Shown piece by piece: positions 9,651 to 19,174 of a DNA stretch of 64,000 nucleotides. The position numbers and the translations under genes were made by a program. The notes beneath the pieces were generated by a model that was not told the origin of the DNA, did no database searches, and was given only the letters and a program-made list of their open reading frames with translations. The stretch is from an uncultured Gemmatimonadales bacterium (GTDB taxonomy: Bacteria; Gemmatimonadota; Gemmatimonadetes; Gemmatimonadales; GWC2-71-9), in contig CAVYSW010000003.1 of NCBI GenBank assembly GCA_963771275.1, positions 160,001 through 224,000 of the forward strand, given 5' to 3'. Within the stretch, counting starts at the first letter, position 1, and each line of letters opens with the position of its first letter.

Positions 9651-11081
9651 CTAGACGACCTCGACCTTGAGCAGGTTGGTCGTGCCGGGCACCTCGAACG
9701 GCATGCCCGCGGTGACCACGATGCGATCGCCCGGGACCGCGTAGCCCTTCTGCAGCAGCGTGTCGCGCGCCACGTCGAGCATGGCGCCGTAGTCGGGGAC
9801 GCGCGACGCCTGCTGGGGAATCACCCCCCAGACCAGGGCCAGGTGCCGGCACGTCTCCGCTTCCGTGGAAAGGCCGAGGATCGGCTCGCGGGGTCGCAGC
9901 GCGGCGATCTTCCGCGCCGTGAACCCGCTGCGCGTGAAGCAGACGATGACCGGCACGCGCAGCATGTCGGCCGCGGCGGTCGTCGCGGCGGCGATCGCGT
10001 CCTCGACCGACCGCTCGGCCCCCGCACGGGCGTCACTGCGCCGGCGCAGCGACCCGGACTCGTCGAACATCGCGCGCTCGACTTCCCGGATGATGCGGGC
10101 CATGGCACCGACCGCTTCCACCGGATACGCACCGACCGCCGTCTCCGCCGACAGCATCACGGCATCGGTGCCGTCGAGAATCGCGTTGGCGACGTCCGAC
10201 GCTTCGGCGCGCGTGGGCCGCGGGTTCTCCACCATCGACTCGAGCATCTGGGTCGCCGTGATGACGGGACGCCCCTGCCGGTTCGCCAGCCGGATCAGGC
10301 GCTTCTGCGCGAGCGGCACCTCCTCGTACGGCAGCTCCACGCCGAGGTCTCCCCGTGCCACCATCACCGCATCCGCGGCGTGCACGATCTCGGGCTGCTG
10401 CCCCAGCGCCGCGGCCCGCTCGATCTTGGCGACGAGCCGGATCCCGCCGGGCACGAGCTGCCGCACCTGCGCGATGTCCGACGCCCGGCTGACGAAGCTG
10501 ATCCCCAGGTAGTCGGCGCCGTGCTCCACCGCGAGCGCGATGTCCTCGCGATCCTTGGCGGTGACCGCCGGCGCGCTCACGTCCGCGTCCGGCAGGTTGA
10601 TGCCCTTGTTCCCCTTGAGCAGGCCGCCGTGCCGCACGCGCCCGATCACGCGCGTCCCGCGCGTCTCGCGCACTTCGACCTCGAGCAGGCCGTCGTCGAG
10701 CAGGATGCGGGCGCCCGGCCGGGCATCGTGCGCGAGCGCGGCGTAGGTCGTCGGGATCTCCTCGCCCCCGGCCTCGGCCTCCGGCGCGAACACGACCGTC
10801 GCTCCCTCGACCAGCGTGCGCGGCTGGCTCAGGGCACCCACGCGGATGCGCGGGCCCTGGAGATCGACCAGGATCGCGACGTGCCGCGACCGCGCCGCGG
10901 CCACGCGGCGCACCAGCGCCATCCAGCCGGCCCGCAGCGCCGGCGTGCCGTGCGAGCTGTTCACGCGCACGACGTCCATTCCGGCATCCAGCATGCGCTC
11001 CAGCACCGGCGCCGTGGCGCTCGCCGGACCGATCGTAGCGACGATCTTGGTACGACGAATATCCCGCAGACCCGGCGGCAC
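9651..11081 (-). CDS. pyk: pyruvate kinase
   Basis: RRTKIVATIGP, DLQGPRIR, AKIE, MVARGDLG, ATQMLESM, PTRAE; start approximate. Confidence 0.96.
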   Translation of the reverse strand: MPPGLRDIRRTKIVATIGPASATAPVLERMLDAGMDVVRVNSSHGTPALRAGWMALVRRVAAARSRHVAILVDLQGPRIRVGALSQPRTLVEGATVVFAPEAEAGGEEIPTTYAALAHDARPGARILLDDGLLEVEVRETRGTRVIGRVRHGGLLKGNKGINLPDADVSAPAVTAKDREDIALAVEHGADYLGISFVSRASDIAQVRQLVPGGIRLVAKIERAAALGQQPEIVHAADAVMVARGDLGVELPYEEVPLAQKRLIRLANRQGRPVITATQMLESMVENPRPTRAEASDVANAILDGTDAVMLSAETAVGAYPVEAVGAMARIIREVERAMFDESGSLRRRSDARAGAERSVEDAIAAATTAAADMLRVPVIVCFTRSGFTARKIAALRPREPILGLSTEAETCRHLALVWGVIPQQASRVPDYGAMLDVARDTLLQKGYAVPGDRIVVTAGMPFEVPGTTNLLKVEVV

Positions 11082-11113
11082 GTCCCCCGGCGGCCTCGCC
11101 CCCCCCTGCGGCG

Positions 11114-13885
11114 TCAGAACCCGACCTCCACGCCGAGCCGGAACAGGCGCGGCGCGCCGTACGCGAACACGGGCTGCAGGAAGTCCCACGCCGCGCGCAG
11201 GTAGAGCGGCAGCAGCTCGCCGGACCCCGCGATCACGCCGTTGTGGTCGAGGTCCGCCTCGGGCCGGTAGCGCGGCGACTCGTAGGGGATCGCTTCCGGG
11301 TGCGCCGCGTAGGCCTGCTGGGCGGCCGCCGCGATCTGCTGATCCGTCGCCTGCGGCACGTCGTTGTCGCGCCGAACGGCGACGACGTTGCGCCGGTCGG
11401 TGAGGTTGCGCACGTCCACGTAGGCGCGGACCGCGAGGTGCCCCAGCGCGAACCGCTTCCCCAGCCGCGCGTCGAGCTGGAACTGACTGGGGAGGCGGTG
11501 ACTGTTCGGCAGCCCGAGAATCGTGTCGCCGGTCGCGTTGGTCTGGCTGTAGGGGAGGCCCGACCCCCAGCGCGCCACCACGCCGCCCTCGACGCCGCGC
11601 AGCAGCGCCGGCGCCGCCGGCGGCGTCTCTCCCTGGACCACCGCGATGATCGAGTGGCGCTGGTCGTAGTCCAGCGGGAAATCCACCACCGCGGGAATGA
11701 TGGTGTCGCCGACCGGCGAGATCCGGAGCCGGCGGTAGAAGTCCAGCGCGTTCGTGGCGGTCGCGCGCGCGTCCTGGAGCACGTAGCTCACCCGCACCGC
11801 GAGACCGTCGAACGCCTCCCGCTCGATCGTGGCGTCGATCCCGCGCACCGTCCCGTAGTCGGCGTTGCCGAAGATCGCGCTGTCGGGATCGAAGCCGACC
11901 GGCACCGAAGCCACCAGGCCGTCGATCCGCTTGACGTAGGCGCCGATCTGGAGCGCCACGTGACGCGACGTGCGCAGCCGCGTGCGCAGCTCGTACTGGG
12001 TCGCCGTCTCGAAGCCGAGCTGCGGGTTGCCGCGTCGGAACCGTCCGGTCCGCAGCGTGTCGTCGAACGCGGCATCCACGAGGTACTGGAAGTCTGGCGC
12101 CTGCGCGAACCGCCCGAAGCTCGCCACCACCGTGGCGTTCCGCAGCGCGGTGGAGACCGCGAACCGTGGGCTCAGGGTGAACCTCGTTCCCCCCAGGGCG
12201 TCTTGCCCCGCCCCGCGCGCGTCAAACGCATCGCCGCGGATCCCGAACGTGAGGGTCAGATCCTCCCAGCGGTGGACGAGCTCGCCGTACCCCGCCGCGG
12301 AGAACGGCGAGAACGCGCTCCGGCGGGCGGGCGGCGCTCCCGCCGCGACCGGCCGGAACGCCTCGAGGCGCGTGAACGTCTCGACCTGCTGGGCCACGTA
12401 TTCCCCACCCACCCGGATGTCCGTGTCGTGACCGCGCCCGAAATAGGCGTCGAGCCGGGCCCGCCCCTCGCGAAACCGGTTCCAGGCGAGCTCGCCCCGC
12501 GGGCTGTCCGTGTAGAAGAACGCGGGCACGCCCCACGGCGTCGCGGTCGCGAGCTCCGGGGTCGTGAAGCCGGGCACGGCCTGCTCCGCCGCCACGGAGT
12601 CCCGCGCGCGCGCGATGTCCGCCCCCGCGAAGTCGAACCCGCCCAGGGAAAACGCGCCGAACGTGTAGCTCGGCAGCGCCAGCAGGGGTGCGCGCAGGGC
12701 TTCCTTGGTGAAGTAGCCCAGCCGCAGATCGACGATCGTCGCGTTGGTCGAGTCGGGACTGGACGCCATCTGATAGTGGACGAAACCCAGGCGCCCGCGC
12801 GTCTGCTCGGCGGGCCCCCGGTCGAGCGCATACTTGAGCGCCGGGTCAAACAGCAGCCGCCGCTGGTCCGACGCCGTCCCCAGCACGCGGAGCAGGTGCC
12901 GCGATCCGAACGGCACCGTGAGCTTGGCGAAGAAGTCCAGTTGCTCCCCCGCATTGTGCGGCAGCAGCCACGGGCGCGCCGCACGGGGATCGAGCGGGTC
13001 CTGCGGTGCCGGGGCGTTCACCGGGTCGGCGTCGAGCCGCGCGGTCCCGTCGACCACCGCGAGGAACCGGGCACGCCCGACAAGCGGCGTCCCCACGGTG
13101 GCGACGATCCGGTCGAGCCCGTAATCCGCCCCGTCGCCGAGCGGCCGGTCCGTCTCGTACGTGAGCCTCGCTTCCGGGCGCTCGGGACCGTCGCGCGTCA
13201 CGACGCTCACCATCCCGGAGAGCGCCTGGCCGTACCGGGCCGAGAACCCGTTCGTCACCACCGTGGCCTGCTCCACCGCCGCCGGGGGGATCCGGGCACC
13301 CAGCGTCCCGCCCGCCGCGTCGAGCTGGTTCTTGAAGCCCATCCCATCCACGATGTAGAGGTCCTCCCCCGCCCGCCCTCCACGATACGAGTTGCCCACG
13401 ACCCCGGGCTGGAGCGCCACCGCCTCCTCGATCGTGGTCACCGGCAGCTGGCGGAGGTCCTGCGCCGTCACGGTATGCTCCGTCGCGACGACCCGCGGGT
13501 CGAGCACCACGTCCGGCCGCTCCGCGACGACGATGCCCTCCAACAGCACCGCCTGAGACCGCAGCACGAAGGCGAGCACGGCGGTCTGGTCGCCCAGGAC
13601 CTGCACACTGTCCCGCCGGTCCATCGCGTAGCCGGGCGCCCGCACTTCCACCCGGTACACACCCGGCCGCAACTCGCGGATCGCGAAGCGCCCCAGGCCG
13701 TCCGTGATGGCCCCCCGGACACCCGGCAGCACGGCGATGCGCGCGCCTGCGATCGGGGCGCGCGTGACCGCGTCGATCACGGTGCCGCGAAGGCCACCCT
13801 CTCCCTGCGCGTGCGCGGCCGCCGGGCTTCCGGACAGCACGCCAAGCCCGCCCAGCAGGACGGCAACGCCCCGGCCCCTGCGCAA
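11114..13885 (-). CDS. TonB-dependent receptor with N-terminal carboxypeptidase-regulatory-like domain
   Basis: Signal peptide ..AAAHAQ, plug RGGRAGE..DG, GFSARYGQALSG, ends RLGVEVGF; start uncertain. Confidence 0.85.
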   Translation of the reverse strand: MRRGRGVAVLLGGLGVLSGSPAAAHAQGEGGLRGTVIDAVTRAPIAGARIAVLPGVRGAITDGLGRFAIRELRPGVYRVEVRAPGYAMDRRDSVQVLGDQTAVLAFVLRSQAVLLEGIVVAERPDVVLDPRVVATEHTVTAQDLRQLPVTTIEEAVALQPGVVGNSYRGGRAGEDLYIVDGMGFKNQLDAAGGTLGARIPPAAVEQATVVTNGFSARYGQALSGMVSVVTRDGPERPEARLTYETDRPLGDGADYGLDRIVATVGTPLVGRARFLAVVDGTARLDADPVNAPAPQDPLDPRAARPWLLPHNAGEQLDFFAKLTVPFGSRHLLRVLGTASDQRRLLFDPALKYALDRGPAEQTRGRLGFVHYQMASSPDSTNATIVDLRLGYFTKEALRAPLLALPSYTFGAFSLGGFDFAGADIARARDSVAAEQAVPGFTTPELATATPWGVPAFFYTDSPRGELAWNRFREGRARLDAYFGRGHDTDIRVGGEYVAQQVETFTRLEAFRPVAAGAPPARRSAFSPFSAAGYGELVHRWEDLTLTFGIRGDAFDARGAGQDALGGTRFTLSPRFAVSTALRNATVVASFGRFAQAPDFQYLVDAAFDDTLRTGRFRRGNPQLGFETATQYELRTRLRTSRHVALQIGAYVKRIDGLVASVPVGFDPDSAIFGNADYGTVRGIDATIEREAFDGLAVRVSYVLQDARATATNALDFYRRLRISPVGDTIIPAVVDFPLDYDQRHSIIAVVQGETPPAAPALLRGVEGGVVARWGSGLPYSQTNATGDTILGLPNSHRLPSQFQLDARLGKRFALGHLAVRAYVDVRNLTDRRNVVAVRRDNDVPQATDQQIAAAAQQAYAAHPEAIPYESPRYRPEADLDHNGVIAGSGELLPLYLRAAWDFLQPVFAYGAPRLFRLGVEVGF

Positions 13886-14024
13886 TGTGCGGACCCTGTG
13901 GGAAACTCGTTCCACACGCGTGTGGAGATGTGCACCGCCCGGGGCCGCACCAGACTGGCCGCGGATCATGACGGGGGGCTGACGCGTTGACGCCATGTGG
14001 AAACCCGGTGACCGGGCGCGCCCC

Positions 14025-15248
14025 TCACGGGGCTGGTGCCACCGCGCCCTGGAAGCGGCGCGCCACGTACTCCTCGAGGATCGCGATGAACTCCGCCACG
14101 ATCGTATCCCCCCGGAGCGTCCGCAGCAGTTGGCCGTCCACGTACACCGGGGCCGTGGGCTCCTCGAACGTCCCCGGCAGCGAGATCCCAATGTCCGCGT
14201 GCTTCGACTCACCCGGCCCGTTCACCACGCACCCCATCACCGCCACGGTGAGCGATTCGACGCCGGGATGGCGCTCGCGCCAGATCGGCATCTGGCGATC
14301 GAGATACGCCTGGATCTCCTCCGCCATCTCCTGAAAGAAGGTGCTCGTCGTGCGGCCGCAGCCGGGACAGGCGGCCACCTGCGGATTGAAGCGGCGCAGG
14401 TCCAGAGCCTGCAGCACCTGCTGCGCCACCCGCACCTCCTCCGCACGGTCGCCGCCCGGCTTGGGCGTCAGCGAGACGCGGATCGTGTCTCCGATGCCGT
14501 CCGCGAGGAGGATCGCGATCCCCGCGGTGCTCGCGACGACCCCCTTGGTCCCCATCCCCGCCTCGGTGAGTCCGAGGTGGAGCGGGTAGTCGGACCGCGG
14601 CGCCAGGAGGCGATATACGTCCACCAGATCGGCGACCCGCGAGATCTTGGCCGACAGGATGATCCGGTCGTGCGGCAGCCCGATCTCCTCCGCCAGCACG
14701 GCCGAGCGCATCGCGCTTTCGACCATGGCGTCGAGCATGACGTCCCGCGCGTCCCGCGGTGCGGCGCGCTGTGCGTTGGCCTCCATCAGTTCGGTGAGCA
14801 GGCGCCGGTCGAGCGACCCCCAGTTCACGCCGATCCGGATCGGCTTGGCGTTGGCGATCGCGACCTCGACGATGGCGCGGAAGTGCTCGTCCCGGCGCGC
14901 CGCGCCCACGTTGCCCGGATTGATGCGATACTTGGCGAGCGCCCGGGCGCAATCGGGGTAGCGGGTCAACAGCAGGTGGCCGTTGTAGTGGAAGTCGCCG
15001 ATGATGGGAACCGCCGCGCCGGCGGCGTCGAGCCGCGCCACGATGTCCGGGACCGCGCGTGCCGCGTCGTCGTTGTTCACCGTGACGCGGACCAGCTCGC
15101 TTCCCGCCTCGGCCAGGGCCCGCACCTGCGCCACCGTCCGCTCGACGTCGGCGGTATCCGTGTTGGTCATCGACTGGACGACCACCGGGTGCCCCGAGCC
15201 GACGGGGACGCCGCCGACCCAGGTCGTGGTCGTGGCGCGCCTCGGCAT
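14025..15248 (-). CDS. ispG: HMBPP synthase (MEP pathway)
   Basis: [47 protein letters not shown]. Confidence 0.96.
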   Translation of the reverse strand: MPRRATTTTWVGGVPVGSGHPVVVQSMTNTDTADVERTVAQVRALAEAGSELVRVTVNNDDAARAVPDIVARLDAAGAAVPIIGDFHYNGHLLLTRYPDCARALAKYRINPGNVGAARRDEHFRAIVEVAIANAKPIRIGVNWGSLDRRLLTELMEANAQRAAPRDARDVMLDAMVESAMRSAVLAEEIGLPHDRIILSAKISRVADLVDVYRLLAPRSDYPLHLGLTEAGMGTKGVVASTAGIAILLADGIGDTIRVSLTPKPGGDRAEEVRVAQQVLQALDLRRFNPQVAACPGCGRTTSTFFQEMAEEIQAYLDRQMPIWRERHPGVESLTVAVMGCVVNGPGESKHADIGISLPGTFEEPTAPVYVDGQLLRTLRGDTIVAEFIAILEEYVARRFQGAVAPAP

Positions 15249-15265
15249 GCCGCGCGCGGCGCTCG

Positions 15266-15622
15266 TCAGCACCGGTGCTGCCAGTCCACCTCGAACTCCC
15301 CCGCGCACACCGGGCAGCGGGCCGCGCGCACGCCGTCCTCCACGTTCGCGCGGGTCCGGCACTGCGGGCAGACACCGTAGGTCCGGTTGAGGTTGGCGGC
15401 GCTGGCCCGCCCGGACTGGCTGAGGCTCCGCGCGACGATGCTCCACTGCGTCGGCTTCGCTGCGGAGAACTCGAGCAGCGTTCGATCCACCGCCACGTTA
15501 CGCTTGTTCACATCGAGAAACACGATGGTCGGCTTCTTGTCGTTGACGACGGGGTACCAGGCGCCGCGGCGCAGTCCGTGAGCTCCCGCCAGCCGCACCC
15601 GCGCCCAGAGCTTCGGTTCCAT
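15266..15622 (-). CDS. hypothetical protein with C-terminal zinc ribbon
   Basis: CPQC...CPVC; SD GAGGAGG upstream. Confidence 0.7.
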   Translation of the reverse strand: MEPKLWARVRLAGAHGLRRGAWYPVVNDKKPTIVFLDVNKRNVAVDRTLLEFSAAKPTQWSIVARSLSQSGRASAANLNRTYGVCPQCRTRANVEDGVRAARCPVCAGEFEVDWQHRC

Positions 15623-15643
15623 CGCCCAACCTCCTCGGACCGT

Positions 15644-15826
15644 TCAGCGAGAAAACCCGGCGGCGATCCCCAGCGGAATGACGATGTAGAGCACCACGTC
15701 ACGGACCAGGTAGTATGCGACGACGACGGCAACGAGCTTCCAGCCGCGCTTGCGCACCAGCCCGCGCCAGCCGAGGGCCCGCAGCTCGTCGCGTAGCGTT
15801 CGTACGATTCCGGTCACCCAGCGCAT
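15644..15826 (-). CDS. small membrane protein
   Basis: MRWVTG..KRGWKLVAVVVAYYLVRDVVLYIVIP; TATGTT -10 box 6 nt upstream. Confidence 0.65.
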   Translation of the reverse strand: MRWVTGIVRTLRDELRALGWRGLVRKRGWKLVAVVVAYYLVRDVVLYIVIPLGIAAGFSR

Positions 15827-15845
15827 TGGCCTAACATAACCGCAA

Positions 15846-15935
15846 GAGGGGAAACGGGAAAAGGGAAACGGGAAACGAAGGCGTGCGCCCTCGTTTCCCG
15901 TCTCCCCCTGCACGCTACCCGCTACGCGCTACGCG
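15846..15935. repeat. imperfect inverted repeat built from GGGAAAC units plus CGCTAC(C/G) tandem repeats
   Basis: gggaaacgggaaacga...tcgtttcccgtctccc followed by cgctacc-cgctacg-cgctacg; downstream of nrdJ. Confidence 0.55.
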
Positions 15936-15941
15936 CGCCGC

Positions 15942-18464
15942 TCACCCGCACTCGCTGAACCCGCACACATGGCACTTGACGCAGCCCTCGGCATACTCCA
16001 GCTGGGAGCCGCAGTCCGGGCACGCGCCGGCATGCTGCTCGGCGTCGGTGTAGGCCTCCACGGTGAATAGCTGCCCGTCCGGGCCGGCGACGTCCCCCTC
16101 GCGCGGGGTGGCGACGCCCTGCGGCGTGGGCCGCGGCGTCTCGAGCAGGTCCTGCTGCACCCCCTGCTTGTCGTGCATCCATCGCTCGATCGCGATGCCG
16201 ATGGCATCCGGCACCGAGAGCACCTTGCTGGGACCGAGGCCGGTGACCCGATCCGACGAGATGCCGCGCACCTGGCGGTGGATCTCGCCGATCGGGATGC
16301 CGGAACGCAGCGCCAGGGAGATCAGGCGTCCGATGGCCTCCACGTCCGCCATCAGCGCCCCCCCGGCCTTGCCGAGGCTCATGAACATCTCAAACGGCTG
16401 GCCGCGATCGTCTTCCGTGATCGTCACGTACAGCGTGCCGAGCGGCGTTTCGACGCGGCGGGTGGTGCCGCGCAGCAGCTCCGGCCGCGAGCGCTTCATG
16501 CGACGCTGCAGGTTCTCCGACTCCACCTCGTGGAGCTTCTTCCGCGTGAGCCCGAGCTCGGCCTCGAGCTCGGCGATCGTCGCCTTGAGATCCGCAAGCG
16601 CGCGGGCCTCTGCCGGGCCGGCCGTGCCGCCACGGGGCACCCCGGGGTTTCCCCCCGCCTGCTCCTGGACCTTCCTGGCCGTGCTGCCGGTCGAGAGGAC
16701 CTGCAGCTCGCGGCTGCCGTCGCGGTACACCGTGACGCCCTTGCAGCGCAGCGCGTAGGCCAACTCGTAGATCTTCCGGACGTCGTCCTCGGTGGCGTCG
16801 TGGGGAAAGTTGCAGGTCTTGCTGATCGCGCTGTCGGTGTGCTCCTGGAAGGCCGCCTGCATGCGGATGTGCCACTCGGGCGTGACGTCATGCGCCGTGA
16901 CGAACACCCGCTGCCACTTGGCCGGCACGACGTCGAAGTGGATGTGGCCTTCGGCGGCGATCTGTTGCACCAGCTCGTCCGAGTACCAGCCCTCGCGCTT
17001 GGCGATGGCGACGAAGTCCTCGTTCACGTCCGGCATCAGCACGCCGGCCTGGTTGCGCATGAACGCCACTGCAAACAGCGGCTCGATGCCCGACGAGCAG
17101 CTCGCGATGATCGAGATGGTCCCGGTGGGCGCCACCGTCGTGAGGTTGCAGTGACGCAGCGCCCGCATCGGGCGAATCCGGCCACCCTGCGCGTCCCGGG
17201 CGCAGCTCGCATCCGGCCCCCAAATGCTCTCGGCCCAGGCCGCGAACGTGCCGCGCCGCTCGGCCAGACGCTCGCTCTCGACCTTGGCCTCCTCATCCAC
17301 GAAACGCATCAGCTTGCGCCCGAGCTCCACCGCATCGACGGAGTCGTAGGGGATCCCGAGGCGCACGAGCAGGTCCGCCCAGCCCATCAGGCCGAGCCCC
17401 ACGCGCCGGATACGGTTCGCGAGGTCCGTGATCTCGCCGAGCGGGTACTTGTTCGCATCGATGACGTTGTCGAGGAAATGCGTGCACAGGTGCACGGCGC
17501 GGCGCAGCCCATCCCAATCGACGTCGCGGTTCGCCACGAACAGGCCGACGTTGATCGAGCCCAGGTTGCAGACGTCGTACGGCAGCAGTGGCTGCTCGCC
17601 GCACGGATTCGTCGCCTCGTAGCTCCCCAGCGCCGGGACCGGATTGTATCGGTTGGCCTCGTCGATGAAGAACACGCCCGGCTCGCCGGTCTTCCAGGCG
17701 CCGTGCACGATCCTGGCGAACACGTCACGGGCGTCGAGCTGGCCTGTGACCGCCTTGGTGCGCGGGTGGATCAGGTCGTAGGACGTCCCTGCCCTCACGG
17801 CCTGCATGAAGGCGTCCGTCACCGCCACCGAGATGTTGAAGTTGGTGATCTTGGAGATGTCGTCTTTGCAGGTGATGAACTCGAGGATGTCCGGGTGATC
17901 CACCCGCAGAATCCCCATGTTCGCCCCGCGGCGCGTTCCCCCCTGCTTGACGACGTCGGTGGACGCGTCGTACAGCGACATGAACGACACCGGCCCCGAC
18001 GCCACCCCCATCGTGGACCGGACCACGTCGTTCTTCGGCCGGAGCCGCGAGAAGCTGAAGCCGGTGCCGCCGCCGGACTGGTGCACCAGGGCCATGTTGC
18101 GCAACGTGTCGTAGATGCCGCTCCGGCCGTTGGACAGCGCGTCCTCGACGGGCAGCACGAAGCAGGCCGAGAGCTGCCCCAGCGGCCGCCCGGCGTTCAT
18201 CAACGTGGGACTGTTGGGTATCCAGACGCGGGTCGCCATCAACTCGTAGAACGTCTCGGCGAGCGCTTCCACGGCCTTCGGGCTGGCGCCGTACCGGGCG
18301 TCCGGCTCCGCCACCGCGCGGGCCACGCGCCAGAACAGGTCCTCCGGCTGCTCCGCCGGCTTGCCTTGCTCGTCCTTGATGAGGTAGCGCCGCGTGAGCA
18401 CGGTCACGGCGTTGTCGCTGAGTTGAAGCGGAACCCCCTTCGCGGAGTTGCCGGCAATGCTCAT
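15942..18464 (-). CDS. nrdJ: adenosylcobalamin-dependent (class II) ribonucleotide reductase with fused TSCPD and Zn-ribbon domains
   Basis: PNSPTLMNAG, LSACFV, GGTRRGANM, TNPCGEQPL, APTGTIS, YRDGSR, C-terminal CPDC..CHVCGFSECG. Confidence 0.93.
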   Translation of the reverse strand: MSIAGNSAKGVPLQLSDNAVTVLTRRYLIKDEQGKPAEQPEDLFWRVARAVAEPDARYGASPKAVEALAETFYELMATRVWIPNSPTLMNAGRPLGQLSACFVLPVEDALSNGRSGIYDTLRNMALVHQSGGGTGFSFSRLRPKNDVVRSTMGVASGPVSFMSLYDASTDVVKQGGTRRGANMGILRVDHPDILEFITCKDDISKITNFNISVAVTDAFMQAVRAGTSYDLIHPRTKAVTGQLDARDVFARIVHGAWKTGEPGVFFIDEANRYNPVPALGSYEATNPCGEQPLLPYDVCNLGSINVGLFVANRDVDWDGLRRAVHLCTHFLDNVIDANKYPLGEITDLANRIRRVGLGLMGWADLLVRLGIPYDSVDAVELGRKLMRFVDEEAKVESERLAERRGTFAAWAESIWGPDASCARDAQGGRIRPMRALRHCNLTTVAPTGTISIIASCSSGIEPLFAVAFMRNQAGVLMPDVNEDFVAIAKREGWYSDELVQQIAAEGHIHFDVVPAKWQRVFVTAHDVTPEWHIRMQAAFQEHTDSAISKTCNFPHDATEDDVRKIYELAYALRCKGVTVYRDGSRELQVLSTGSTARKVQEQAGGNPGVPRGGTAGPAEARALADLKATIAELEAELGLTRKKLHEVESENLQRRMKRSRPELLRGTTRRVETPLGTLYVTITEDDRGQPFEMFMSLGKAGGALMADVEAIGRLISLALRSGIPIGEIHRQVRGISSDRVTGLGPSKVLSVPDAIGIAIERWMHDKQGVQQDLLETPRPTPQGVATPREGDVAGPDGQLFTVEAYTDAEQHAGACPDCGSQLEYAEGCVKCHVCGFSECG

Positions 18465-18581
18465 GGTGGACGTCCCCCCTGCGGACCGACTCGAAAGGCT
18501 GGCGAGCGGCGTTTCTCAGACCGAAAACTACTCACGAGGACGCGCCGCTGCGGTCACGACTCCGGAGCGGCGCGCGGGCAC

Positions 18582-18610
18582 AAGGTAGAGATACTCGCGA
18601 GCCAACGCAA
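18582..18610 (-). promoter_or_regulatory. sigma70-type promoter for nrdJ
   Basis: TTGCGT-17 bp-TACCTT. Confidence 0.6.
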
Positions 18611-18656
18611 GACGGCTCAAACCCCCCCGCGCGGCGCGGGCTCCCGGCAATCAACA

Positions 18657-19172
18657 TCACAAACCTGTTGCCGGGCCGATCGGCGGCGGCGCGACCGCTC
18701 CGGCCCGATGACGTTGCGCCAGCGCGACGTAGTGCTGCCACGTGGTCCGGATTCGCGCGGTGAGCCGCGCGTCCACCGGCCGGATCACCCGGGCCGGCAC
18801 GCCCATCACGAGCGAGCGAGGCGGCACTCGCATTCCCTCGGGCAGCACCGCGCCGGCCGCGATCACCGATCCGGTGCCCACGTGCACGTGGTTCAGCAGG
18901 ATCGCCCCCATCCCCACCAACACCTCGTCCTCGATCGCGCAGCCATGGAGGATCGCCCGGTGTCCCACCCCCACGCGCCGCCCCACGACGCAGGGAACGT
19001 CTTCGTCCACGTGGACCATCGAGAGATCCTGGATGTTCGTCTGGTCACCGATCGCGATCGGCGCCATGTCGGCCCGCACGACGCACTGGTACCAGACGCT
19101 CGCCTGGGCACCGAGCGACACGTCGCCCAGCACGACAGCTCCGGGGGCGATGAACGCCTGCGGATGGATCAC
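18657..19172 (-). CDS. gamma-class carbonic anhydrase family (hexapeptide repeat) protein
   Basis: IHPQAFIAPGAVVLGDV, VRAD, NIQD..VH, GHRAILHGC; GTG start at 19172. Confidence 0.9.
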   Translation of the reverse strand: MIHPQAFIAPGAVVLGDVSLGAQASVWYQCVVRADMAPIAIGDQTNIQDLSMVHVDEDVPCVVGRRVGVGHRAILHGCAIEDEVLVGMGAILLNHVHVGTGSVIAAGAVLPEGMRVPPRSLVMGVPARVIRPVDARLTARIRTTWQHYVALAQRHRAGAVAPPPIGPATGL

Positions 19173-19174
19173 GG

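Noticed and set aside
18575..18670. Possible NrdR boxes or cobalamin riboswitch upstream of nrdJ (TCTCTACCTTGTG; CAACA-N9-TGTTG)
   Set aside because: Several mismatches at conserved NrdR positions, no properly spaced tandem pair, and no B12-box seen
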